Shown here: in pieces, positions 1 to 11,508 of the stretch
How positions within the stretch are numbered: the stretch's first letter is position 1
How the letters are laid out: each line of letters begins with the position of its first letter
Assembly: GCA_050273025.1 (NCBI GenBank)
Contig: CP158635.1
Location: 19,964,001 to 20,028,000, forward strand
Reading direction: 5' to 3'
DNA from: Cenococcum geophilum
Lineage: Eukaryota
Length of the DNA: 64,000 nucleotides
The notes under the pieces: generated by a model
Told to the model about the DNA's origin: nothing
Database searches by the model: none
The model's input: only the letters and a program-made list of their open reading frames with translations
Position numbers and translations under genes: made by a program

Positions 1-384
1 ATTCCCGACCTCGCTTCTCCCTCCGGGCCACTTCGAAGTCCAAGACCCCACCAAGCTAGGACTTTCTTCCACATCTCGAGCCGACAGTACTTCAGCTCTT
101 ATTTCCTTCTTCCACCTTTACTTTTTTCGCCACCACTCTTTCACCGTCGCAATCACACTCACAGGTCGCGCTGTGATTTCAAAGACTCCAAATTATCCCG
201 CCTATTCTCCGGTGATATCGTAAACTCCGCTAAACATCACTTTTGCGCCTTGCACGCCCAGGTTCGTCTCACGCCACACCTCTACCATTTAAGAAGGCTC
301 ACCCGCTCACAGGCAACAGCTTCACTTTCCTCATCATAAGCAGACCTGAGACCCAGCATTCGACACCCCGAAACCACCTCCAAT

Positions 385-890
385 ATGTCGGACAACGGTT
401 CTCCAAACAACATGCACAAGCCCGAGGATACTGCTCAGCAGTCGGAGCATCTCAATATCAAAGTCACGGATAATAACAACGAGGTGTTCTTCAAGATCAA
501 ACGTACTACCCAGCTGAAGAAGTTGATGGATGCGTTTTGCGATAGGCAGGGCAAATCCCCACAGAGTGTGCGCTTTCTCTTCGACGGACAGCGTGTGCAG
601 CCTACAGATAATCCAGATTCGGTGAGTCAATCATCCCGCTGTTTCAGGTTCACGGTTCGGCATTTCTATTCTATGGCCGAGGGCTAGCACCGTGTCATGC
701 CTACTGGTGAGGGGCAGTATTCAGCAAATACTTGCTATATAGCTGGCTTCCAAAGACTTCGTAGCCTTGCCTGTTGCCTGCTCGTGATTATTTTATGCCA
801 GTCTGTAATTTACTAATACATTTTATACAGCTTGACATGCAGGATGGCGACACGCTTGAAGTCCACCAAGAGCAAATTGGCGGGTGTTGA
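385..890 (+). CDS. SMT3: SUMO (small ubiquitin-like modifier); exons 385-621 and 831-890
   Basis: HLNIKVTDNNNEVFFKIKRTTQLKKLMDAFCDRQGK...RFLFDG; GTGAGT..TACTAA..CAG intron; exon 2 reads LDMQDGDTLEVHQEQIGG-C-stop (di-glycine motif). Confidence 0.97.
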
Positions 891-1834
891 TCCGAAACTC
901 CTTTCCGACACGACATGATTGAAAAGAAAAGCTGGCTCCTGCTGAATGCTAGAAAGGTCAACTAGCAAGACGTGCACACGATAGATACGATGATAAATGA
1001 GCACTTGCTGCTAGGCTGGCTCGTCAGGTGAAGGACTGAAGATCTAACCAGTGAGACGAGGAATGAGGGTGGGACTCTTTTCTTTCTCGGATACGGTGGT
1101 TCTTCAGGCATGTTTGGGGCGTCTTTGGTGTCACCGGGGTTGCGTTTCGTGGCTTCCCCGCAGCGTGTATCTTTTATGTTATTTACTTTTAGAATCACTC
1201 CATCTCGCCGCCTAGAAAAGTATTTTTCACGTGATAACCCCTTTAACGGCTTGATTGATTCTATCTAGGGGCTCGTTAAAAATCTGTAATGCCAAGAATA
1301 CACTATGTACAATTTGGAAGTCACATGAAAAGGAACCACAGGCTTGGTGTCGTTCCGAAACGGTAAACCTCAAATTGCGGTGAGCTTTTATCCGTTATCA
1401 ACCAAGCACTCCCAGCTACCTTCAATCGCTTCACTATAGCCGGATAAAAAGCCTTGCTGGATCTGTAACTTAATATACTTTACTATTTTTTTAGCGGCTT
1501 GCAGGCCTAGTTACAGAATTTACCTCATGCATTAAGATTAAATGAATATCTCCTGCAATGCTCCTTCAACTATCATCTACTGGTGCAAAACCTCATATAA
1601 GTTAAATGAATATAATGGTTGATAAGTTGAGCCCGTTTGACTTGTAGTACTGAACCAACGGACAAAAGCAAATGAATGCCATGATATATAAGTTTTCGAA
1701 ACAATGAGTCGAACAAAGACGCCCCCCGATCTCAAGCCCGAGACCCACAATCCATACAGCGCAAGCAATACACGCGATCCACGCGTGACCCGCCCCAATA
1801 CTCCTACAAGCCCAAAAACCCCCCTCGCACCCTC

Positions 1835-2493
1835 CTAATCCTCCCAAACTGCCTTCTTCCGCCTCTCCGCCTCCTCCGCCTCCCTCCTCTCGCGCTCCCT
1901 CCGCTCCTCCCGCGCCCTCTTCTCCCTCTCCCGCGTCACGCGATCGAACTCCCTCTCCTCCTCGCTCCGCTTCGGCGCCCGCACCCCCAGCGCCCCCGCG
2001 ATCAGCCGCCCGGCCACCGCCGTCGTCTTCTCAGGCCGCCGCGCCGGGCTCGCCGTCCCGCTGTTATTCCCGCTGCCGCTCCGCGAGCCCCGCCCACTGT
2101 CGCCCGCGCCACTACCGTACGCCGCGGCGGCGGCGGGGGCAAGGGCGGGGAAGTCGAACGGGGCCCCGACGGGCGAGGCGGGAGTGGGCGGTGGCGGGTG
2201 AGGCGTCTCGTAGCTCGAGGCCGTCGCGATGGGCGGCGTGGTGTCGGAGGTCGAGGTCGTGGAGGCTGTCAGCGTGTCTTCGGTCTCGGCTTCGTCGCTG
2301 GACGAGACGTTGTCGTCCCAGGAGTCGGCGATGGGCTTCTTTTTGGGCTTGGGTGCTGTGCTGAGTTTCAGGTGGGAGAGGGCGGATGTGACTTCTGCGG
2401 GGGGGTGGGTAGGTTAGTAGGTGGTTGCTGGGAGCTGGGAAGGGGGGGCATGGTGGGGCACGTACCGGACTCGGAGGGGGTGACGTGAGACAT
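1835..2493 (-). CDS. Hypothetical fungal protein with one intron (~2397-2465) and a C-terminal charged coiled coil
   Basis: Spliced ORF MSHVTPSESEVTSALSHLKLS...IADSWDD...RRPEKTTAVAGRLIAGALGVRAPKR...KKAVWED*; GTACGT/CTAAC/CAG splice signals. Confidence 0.8.
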
Positions 2494-3755
2494 TGTGGTG
2501 GCTGGTCTATTGGGTGGTGGGGATGTGGGTGTGAACGAGCAGATGGTACAGTAAGCGGACAAATGTTATATACAGGGCGCGCGGTGACGAAAGGACGATC
2601 TCGGTGGTGAGAGACTAAAGAGCAGGAGACTTTGGGCACAGAATGTGGGGGGGTCCAAGCTTGGACTGGGCTTGTGAAAATCAAACCGGACGAGAAGGCA
2701 CATGCCAGACGACGGGCTTGCACGTCCGATATCTAGTACCTTCTCTTGATGGCGTTGCAAACCAACTTGTATTGAAAAGCTAAGACAAGCTCGGGTAAAC
2801 GGCGTACAGGTGTCTGCGCATAGGGGAGCACGAGGACGAGGGAAAGGCAGGTAGGCAGTTTCCTATCCGTCGAACAGGACAACTCATATGCGTTCTTAGG
2901 TCTCCGCGAACATGATTTAGTCTTAATTTAAATACACTGATCCTCAGCATTTAGGACTATGACTGTTAACGACCACGTTGCTGCGCTGCGGCCGCGACCT
3001 ACAATAATGAGAAACCTCATCTAGCACTTAATTAGGCATCGTAGTCTCGGCGCCGCCAAGCTCTTACCGATAACTTCGTCTCTACCTATATTGAGATATT
3101 GCATATAGGTAAGCTCTTCAGATACTACTGCAATCGGAGACTCGGTGCAGCGCCTCTTAAAGACAGCTAAAACGGTGTACACGTTTTACAAAAATTAATA
3201 AACTACTCAAACGGGCACACAGCATTAATCTCACGTCTCCATACTCGACTATTCCGCTTAGTTATACTCTATGTTTGTGTGTAGGTCCAGGGGGATGTAG
3301 GCTTTAGTTCTGTCTCTTAATTCCCGTCGACTAGCAGAATACATCCTTTTCGCGCATCTAGTGGATAACTTGCAGGAGGTTTTTCGGTAACAAGCAGCCG
3401 TTTAATGGCTTTAGCCCCGCTTCGTCCAAATCAACTCAAACTGTACAGCCGGATTTGAGATGTTCTGGCGACAGAGTGGCTGACGCTCTCTCCCGAGGTC
3501 GGAGCAAGCCAATTGCGTCGTCAGGTGCGGAATTTGTTTATTCCCTATTCCCGACGCTTTTACAAAAGCAACCTAACTCTCATTCTGCGCTATATACTTT
3601 CTCACTCCTCCAATAGAGCCCGAGTCTACTCTACCAATTGCTTTGCTCCTGCTCATGCCCATGTAGCGTGCTACTTACTAGCTTCCTGCCACTTTACAAG
3701 GACCTGTTGTTGATCCTTCCATCACACAGCGAGCATTACGTCTCATGTGTCAATC

Positions 3756-6098
3756 ATGCTTTCTCATCGTGCTTTCATCAAAAGAACTTCTTTTAAGCAA
3801 AGTTGTTTATATTTCAATAATCGTTCTTCTCATCTATTCTTCTCGTCCTCTGCAAAGTATGGCGCATACGCCGACACCATTCCCAATCTGAAGATCGGAA
3901 AGTACACACGGGTGATATATCAAGGCTTCACGGGTAAACAAGCTACGGCCAATGCCAAACAATCAATTGAGTATGGAACTCAAATAGTAGGAGGTGTAAA
4001 ACCTGGTACGACCGGGGAACATCTCGGTTTGCCTGTTTTACCGAGTGTGAAAGCAGCCAAAGAGCAATTAAACCCGGATGCTACCGCAATCTTTGTTGCT
4101 GCTCGGTATGCTGCTTCTGCAATCGAGGAGGCCATTGAGGCGGAAATTCCGTTGATTGTAGCCGTTGCGGAGCATGTTCCATTACATGATGTTATGAGAG
4201 TAAGCCATGTGTCCTAGCTAGGACAATTGGGGCAAGTCTACTGAACGGCTTTAGATCCATTCCATCCTCAGCACACAATCCAAGTCTCGCCTAGTAGGTG
4301 CTAATGCTCCTGGAATTATCTCGGCCATTGGAAGGTGTAGAATAGGCTTCCAACCATTGCCAACATTCTCTCCTGGTCATGTTGGCATTGTGGCTAAATC
4401 AGGAACACTGAGCTATGAAACCGTTGCCTCTCTCACAAGAGCTGGACTCGGTCAAAGTTTATGCATAGGGGTGGGTGGTGATGTTATTGCTGGAACCAAT
4501 TTTGTGGATGCACTCACAGTCTTCGAGACGGACGAAGATACTGAAACTATCATTTTGGTCGGTGAACTAGGCGGGACTGCGGAAGAGGAGGCTGCCGAAT
4601 GGATAAAGGTGTATAAGAAACGCGTGCCAAATCCAAAGTAAGCGTATCCTCTTCTAGGTCATTCTCATCAAACTAAACAGCAATCTAGACCCATTGCGGC
4701 TCTTGTAGCAGGTTTCCAAGCCGTCCCGGGCAGAGTGATGGGACATGCTGGAGCATGGACCGGCATCGGCGAAGGTACCTCTGAAAGCAAATACAAAGCC
4801 CTGGAGAGCGCTGGAGTAACTATGGTCGACCACCCAGCCAAGTTCGGCAACGTAATGAAAGGTCTACTATTAGGTAGTGGAAGAAGCGTGTATGAAATTG
4901 TATGTCCTGCCCCCTTACTTAAGAAATGGTTCTAAACAATCTGTAGCAAAAATCTGTAGTAAACCAACGCCGATCCTTCCACACTTCTCGCTCACGGCCT
5001 CATGTTCGACTAGCCCCAAGTCGCTCAGCTAGTATTCCTCACCGCAGCCTCCACCTCACTACAACTCAAGCTACAGACCTCCTCAAAAACTATGGCATAA
5101 CTATCTCGCCAGACCCTTCACCCACGCCCTCATCCTCCCACTTCGTCGGCATAACAGTTGACCGCTCATCCCGCAGCCCTTGCATCGTTGCCTCTCCCAC
5201 CACCTCCCCGACCCAGCTCGCTTACCGCGCACGTCGTTTCCCTTTCGATTACCGGCTGGGTCCCTCGCAAGCCACAATCCTCGCGGCGCTCGAGTACCTC
5301 CAGCTCGACGCCGCCCCTTCCAGTGCCAAAGCCTCCGCCGCCTCCCTAATCAACTCGCTCTGGTCGCTCTACCAATCCAAAGAAGCACTAACCCTGACCG
5401 TACACCTCTCCCTGTCCACCCAGCAAGACTCACTAATCCTCCACAACCCCTCCCTCACCTTCGACGACGCCGCCTTCAAATCCGCCTCCCGCCACCCGGA
5501 CATCCATTCCCTGCGCGACCTCTCCGCCATCCCCCCAGCCGAGCTCGAAGCCGAAGCCCACGGCATCGTCTACATCCCGCTCCCCTCCCCCAGCGCCGCC
5601 GCCGCGCAACCTCTTCTAATCGGCACCCTCGTCAACGGCGCCGGCCTCGCCATGAACACGTGCGACGTCCTCGCCGCGCGCCTGCACGCCTCCCCCGCCG
5701 CCAACTTCCTCGACACGGGCGGCAAGGCCACCGCGGCCACCATCGCCGCGTCGTTCAAGCTGGTCCTGGCGGATCCGCGCGTCGGGGTCGTGTTCGTCAA
5801 TATCTTTGGCGGGCTGACGCTGTGCGATATGATTGCGCGCGGTGTCGTCCTTGCGTTCAAGGAGGTTGGGGTCGACAAGCCGGTTGTGGTTAGGTTGAGG
5901 GGCACGAATGAGGAGGAGGGTGCGAGGATTTTGCAGGGGGCGGGGTTGCCGATTGGGGTGTTTGATGGGTTTGAGGAGGCAGTGGGGGAGCTGGGGAGGT
6001 TGGTTGAGGGGCAGGACGGGTGGGGGAGGGGGAGGTTGAGAGGAGGGGTGGATGAAAGTGATGTAGGTATAGGGATAGGGATAGGGAGGGGAGATTAG
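3756..6098 (+). CDS. Fused succinyl-CoA ligase alpha-like + truncated beta-like protein (~729 aa); exons 3756-4199, 4255-4637, 4689-4899, 4947-6098
   Basis: Alpha motifs QGFTGKQ, KSGTLSYE, GVGGD, GELGG, MGHAGA (phospho-His); beta motifs VDRSSR, FDDAA, GTLVNGAGLAM, NFLDTGG, NIFGG, RLRGTN. Three canonical introns keep one frame (2190 nt); N-terminus resembles a mitochondrial presequence. Confidence 0.9.
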
Positions 6099-6902
6099 GG
6101 TGAGGCGGAGGTAGAAGTAGAGGTAGAAGCGTTGAAGATAGATTTGGGTGGGAGTTGGTTATGCTAGTTATGCTAGCTATGCTAAATATAGACAGATCCT
6201 TTTACTCGCGTTTCAATTCCTAGTATACAGTTCATGCCGGTCCGCTCCCTGGACGCGCGGAAGAGGTAAAAAACAAAGACGAAGACGAAGAAAAGAAAGG
6301 GCTCTGCCGCCCGCACCCGCGTTTTTCCGCTGGGGAAGAAATGTTAGAACCGCCTGGCAAGCAGGCGCTCATCCCTCATGAAGAGAAAACACGAGTCAAA
6401 ACAGAACCCGCCTCCCACCCCTTCCTGGCTCATCCTATAAAACATAACGCCATGACCACTGCAACCCGTAGACCCGCTCCTAACGCCGCCCGCTTACGAT
6501 AAAAAAATGCAAGACTAGAAATGAGCGGAAAAAATAACTGCGTAGCTAAAGAAACCGAGAACTTCAGAATCAAAATATATAATGTGTGGCTGTCGGACGC
6601 TGGGTGGTTGGGAAAAAAGAAAAAAGAAAAAAGCGGTGTGCTGAAGAAATGAATGCTCGCTTCAAACGCTTCAGTGTTGCCGGAACAAGAAACAGAAGAA
6701 CGGAATGGAATACAATGGCATATCGAGTACTGTAACATGCTCACATACCCAGCTGTCGAGATGGTAGAACAAGCCCCTTCTTTAAAAAGCTTAAACCAAC
6801 CCCCAGGCCGTAACGCTGCCGTACCCAAGCAAACTATCTAATCAATGAGAAAGGATGATGTAGAGGGAAGAAGGGACAGCCTTAGAAAAGAGATTCTCTC
6901 CC

Positions 6903-8411
6903 TTAGAAATCCACACTCCACCGCATCCTCGGATCCCGTTCCAGCGACCGCTCCTTCCCCTGCCCATCCAGCACCTTCCCCAGTACCCTCCCCTCGCCCT
7001 TCAGCGCGCCGCCGTGCTGCACGTCGACGAGCAGCATCTCTTCGGCGCAGTCGCTCTCGGGCAGCCGGATGCGCGCCTCCATCAGCGGCGCCGACACGAA
7101 GCGCGAGTTCAGCAGCGCGTGTGGGGATACGAGGTCTTCCAGAATGTTGAGGGACGAGACGTCGGACGCGGCGAGCGGGGCGCGCGACTTCATGGCGCGC
7201 GGAATGGGGTCCGAGGAGGTGATGGTGGTCGAGCGGGAGATGCGTGCGGGTCGGCGCGGCTTGGAAGGGGATGGGTGCGCGTTTTGATCGGAGCTGCTTT
7301 GGGAGGAGGGTGAAGGGCATGCGGATTCACCGGATAGCACGGTCGAGAGCTTGTGTCTGCTGTTGCGGACACGCACGATGCGGAGGCTGGAGGTGGGAGA
7401 GGTGGTCGGCGCGGTGTGCACGATGGTGTCGCTTGATTCGCCGGAGGAATCGTCGTCGGTGGAGTCGGAGGAGATGGCTACGGGTGCGCTGCGGCGCTTT
7501 TTGCGGGATCCGCTTAGAGGGGGAAGGGTGGCTTTGGGGGTCTTGGGGTCCCGGTCGTGGCGCTGGCCTTTTGTTGCGTTCCTGTAGCAGCTGCCTCGTG
7601 ATAGGGGAGGCATTTCTGGAGTTTCGCCTCTTTCCAGTTTCACTTGCAGTTGTCTCGCGCTGACTTGGCGCTGCAAATTCAGCTCTATGCGGCTGCTGGT
7701 ACCACTTCCGCTGCGACTTCGGTCGGTGGCCCGTTCCTTCCCGTTCATGATCTTCGCTCTCGGCGGAGGTTGGAGCATCCATTTATTGTCTGCAGCATTC
7801 GGAGAAGGCATGCTGACGACGGGAGGGTGGAGATCGTTCACTGGAGGTGCGCGAGCGGTGTAGTAGCTTTCCGCAGTGGAATATGCAGTTCCTGGTCTGC
7901 TTATACCGGCGACTCCTACAGACGAACCGGTGCCATTGCTTTGAGAACCCTTCCGCGTTGTCGGATCCGGTTCCCCAAATCCCCATAGCTCTTCATCTTC
8001 TCTCTGATAACGCCGTCTATTCCAATTGTCTCCACTCAACGTATCATCTGAGGTCCGGGTTGGATCAGTAGTCTCTGGATGATTCATATCCAGACTGCTT
8101 CCTCCTCGGCTTGGACCAGTGCTGTGTGTTCCTGCCGTTGTGATACCCCTCTGGCTCCCGTTGTGTGCCTTGCGACCTGTTCTTCGCGGTGGAGGGCCTG
8201 GTCCGAGTACAATCTCTTCGGACCAGTACGGATTTGTCGCGGAGGGTTCAGGGTGACGGTATAGATCCGGTTGCTCCATTTCGAGCTGCCTCTTCTGCCC
8301 CCTATCTCTCTTTGCTTGTTTCCGCCTCTTGCTGCGGTATAAATATCCTGTACATGGTGCACAGGACACATAATGGAAGATGGCTGACTGTATTCCCCTG
8401 ATGAGAGACAT
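6903..8411 (-). CDS. Hypothetical protein, 502 aa, intronless, largely disordered
   Basis: Long ORF with motif-like blocks AIFHYVSCAPC, YRHPEPSATNPYWSEEIVLGPGPP, WNRRRYQREDEELWG, PPVNDLHPPVVS, RWSVDF*. Confidence 0.85.
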   Translation of the reverse strand: MSLIRGIQSAIFHYVSCAPCTGYLYRSKRRKQAKRDRGQKRQLEMEQPDLYRHPEPSATNPYWSEEIVLGPGPPPRRTGRKAHNGSQRGITTAGTHSTGPSRGGSSLDMNHPETTDPTRTSDDTLSGDNWNRRRYQREDEELWGFGEPDPTTRKGSQSNGTGSSVGVAGISRPGTAYSTAESYYTARAPPVNDLHPPVVSMPSPNAADNKWMLQPPPRAKIMNGKERATDRSRSGSGTSSRIELNLQRQVSARQLQVKLERGETPEMPPLSRGSCYRNATKGQRHDRDPKTPKATLPPLSGSRKKRRSAPVAISSDSTDDDSSGESSDTIVHTAPTTSPTSSLRIVRVRNSRHKLSTVLSGESACPSPSSQSSSDQNAHPSPSKPRRPARISRSTTITSSDPIPRAMKSRAPLAASDVSSLNILEDLVSPHALLNSRFVSAPLMEARIRLPESDCAEEMLLVDVQHGGALKGEGRVLGKVLDGQGKERSLERDPRMRWSVDF

Positions 8412-10089
8412 AGCGGCGAAAGGTAGTCAATGCCAGAGTGTGCGATGTAGTTGGAGAATGCGGAGAAATCGGTAATAGTGGGGATGCAAGGCTGGTGGAG
8501 ATGTTTGACGGGAATTATGCGTATTGACCTGGCTCTTTGGGGTGAGGTATCTTGTCGAGGCGCAGAAAGGTCAGTTTACACAGCGCCGCGCAAAGTCGTC
8601 GTCCATGCCTGCCGGAACCAGCGGCGGGGAAGTGCCAATTGTATAGGCACTGCGAGCGACTCCTTCCGGAAGGTGGTATAGCGGCAAAATGTGTTGTTGT
8701 CGAGGTGCGACCGTAGTGGCAGTTGCTTCTGGGAGCAGGGAGGGGGCGCTAGATGACGAATGATCAACGGTAGCCACTAGGGTAAGATGCCCGGTGCGGT
8801 GCGGCGGCGCGGCGAAAGCTTGGTCACTTGTAGAGCAGCGGCGCCCTGCACATATGAATTGGACCGGGCGAGGATGAAGTACTACTATATTATAGCTGGC
8901 CTGTCTTCCAAACTCAAGCTTCAGGGCTGTGCCGTTCGACAGGAGAGAACCAACGACGAATCCGGGACGCTTCTCGTATTTGGCTACCTTGGCGTGACTG
9001 TTCCTGCAGCGAGCTGAGGAACATCACATCCAGGACATACATTCCATCCAGTCTGGACATGAGGCAATTGGTAAAGTCTCACGGCACGTTGGGAGATGTT
9101 ACCCTTTCAAATTATGCACTCAGAGGACGGTGATGCATCCCGCTATCCCGTCCGTTTTGCCGGCGCTGTCTGCACCGTCTGCACCATCTGCACCGCCTCC
9201 ACCGCCTGCAATCTGCATCTCTAACCCGTCAACAACGCACAGTCTTTCTCTTGGCACAACCTCGCGACACGTCAAGCCACCAATCTTCGGCTGTGGATGA
9301 CAACTCCGAGACGTGGTATTTTCTCTACCGGCTGCGGCGGGAATGCACCCACGGACACGAAGAAGGCTACCACCATCTTTCTGCAAAACTATTCAGACCG
9401 CGGAATGCTTCTCTTCTTCTAGCCATCAGTCATGTGTCTAGCATACTTTCATGCACCTTACCACGACTAGAAATGGCATAAGGAATTGGGCAAAGTGTCG
9501 TTTAGATGGCAGCTCACATGGCGGCCCGCACGGCGGCTTAAATAGCGGATCAGATTGTCGTTCAAATGCCTCATGTGTCCGTCTGGCGGCTCCTAGCACA
9601 GCAGTGATCAACAACTGCCAGCTGCGCCATGCGTCAAAATTGCCTCTTCCACTAAGCCTGGATGTTGGAAGCTTACTGATTCAACAAGGATCATGTCATA
9701 TTTGTGTAACACGCAACGGCACCGTTGCTCGTTTCATGTTAGCAGACTGAGCATTTTCACTGTTAGGAACTTGTCACTATGAAGGTGTCGTTGACTTTCT
9801 CCACCTCGTGCGTTTCCTCGTCTCAATAACTATGGCGCTCACCACCCCCGCTGATGAGTCTCCTACACTTCACTAACAGCAGGTACTCTGCTTTTGTGGT
9901 TCTCGAGATAGTATTTAAGTGCATTTCTCTACATTCTCATGTGCAACAAGGCTAGTCTGTTTTCTTCGATGTTCCTCGAACGCTCCCTAAACCATTCTCT
10001 AAATTACCCTACCTCTTTTTGCAACCTATTTACCACTCTCCCTTTTTAACACTATACTATTCTCGCCAGTTCGACTCTTCGCCAGCTAC

Positions 10090-10548
10090 ATGTGCAGATA
10101 GGCTTGGGACCACTACCAGCACTGCAACCACTTAGCAAATGGAGCGATCGAGAGGTGTAATACCGTAGAAGCTGATATTAATGCCAGTCGCCCGCACAAC
10201 TTTTCTATTCCCTTTCGATTTTTTGATGTACTCTGCCCCACTTGCTTGGGGTTGCCCCAAGAGAACAATGCCCAGGGGGGAGCAGCAGACGCTCTTGCTG
10301 CAGATATTGCTCCTGTGGTGAACCCACCCACCCCTACCCGCGCTATTACCCCTGGCTTCAACTTTCCACTTAGCAACGGTCTCTGGGGACGTTCCTCCTC
10401 CGCCCCCTGGTTGGATACTTGCCCTCCTAATCTGTTCTTGCCTCCTGGATCTATCGCACCCGCCCCTCCTATGCTCCCTCCTGGCGCAGTCCCCGTGCCT
10501 CCTTGGTATCCCTTAACACGGCAAAATGGGTCCTCAGGTTATCGATAA
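10090..10548 (+). pseudogene. Small Cys/His protein gene (MC..Y..C.H..C...CPxC type) with an in-frame TAG at codon 4
   Basis: ATG TGC AGA TAG GCT TGG GAC CAC TAC CAG CAC TGC AAC CAC...CTC TGC CCC ACT TGC continues in frame into the 10246-10548 ORF. Confidence 0.6.
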
Positions 10549-11508
10549 GAATCCACCAATTAGATTAACCGAATCCGAATACACGTACTTAGAAATATAA
10601 AGCCAGTAATATTCGTTAAATCCTATATAAAATTACTATATAAGCTTAATCTTTGGAGCCACCCGATATGAGGTAGCCAGCAGTTATCCTTCCTGCAGAA
10701 CGGTATTTTAGTGATGGTGTAATTGATGATTGAATCCTATATAGATACACGCATTGTTTTGATTCTAGTGTTCGCGCACGGTCCACTTCCTCCGAGGGCC
10801 TGCCGTGTCAAGGGATAGAGCTCGTGGCGTTATATAAATCTCTCCCCCTAATATTTACCTACGACTTGCCTTCTATTTAAAATAAGTTTATAATCATAGG
10901 AAGTATATTAACTCTTATCAGAAAGCCCTAGGACTAATATTCGCGCATCTATTTAATAATTTAATCCTCCTAATAAGAATGCGGTAGGGTTTTATAGGCT
11001 AGGTGTTGAGTGAGACGCCCAGCAAGGCGATGGGCAACGGTGGAGGAAGATAATATGCGAATGTCGGAGGCTTTGCGAATTAACGGCTCAACGCCCCGAT
11101 TCAACGTCTTATATAGCTTCTTGTATAGAGACTTTAGCTTCGCAAGAACTGAATTTAGGAAGGGAAATGCTGATTTGTGCTAGAAATTTTCACTTTAGGT
11201 GTAATTTAGCAGGGGAAGAAGAAGGGGAAGCAGAACGTAGGTGATGAAGGTTTGCAGGTTTTGCAAACAAATTTCGTCTATGCGCTTTGCTTCGTCTGTG
11301 CTCCAACACTTTGATGTTCAAAACCTTCATAACCAGGGTCACCTTCATAACCCCATCACCTACGTTAGGCGAATGGCTCGCTGGGGGGTGTCGCGCTTCC
11401 TGGGGCCCCATGTTAATATGCCAAGACGTCTCGCCTCGAACCACCACCCGGCCAATTTCGCCAAAAACTATTTCTAACCAAATCCACCCTATTTTTTTCA
11501 AGACAAAC

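Noticed and set aside
622..830. Long SUMO intron as a possible snoRNA host
   Set aside because: A hairpin is possible, but I found no convincing C/D or H/ACA box arrangement or rRNA guide.
8450..9750. Short ORFs upstream of the 502-aa gene
   Set aside because: No motifs, no consistent splice model and no coding-like bias.
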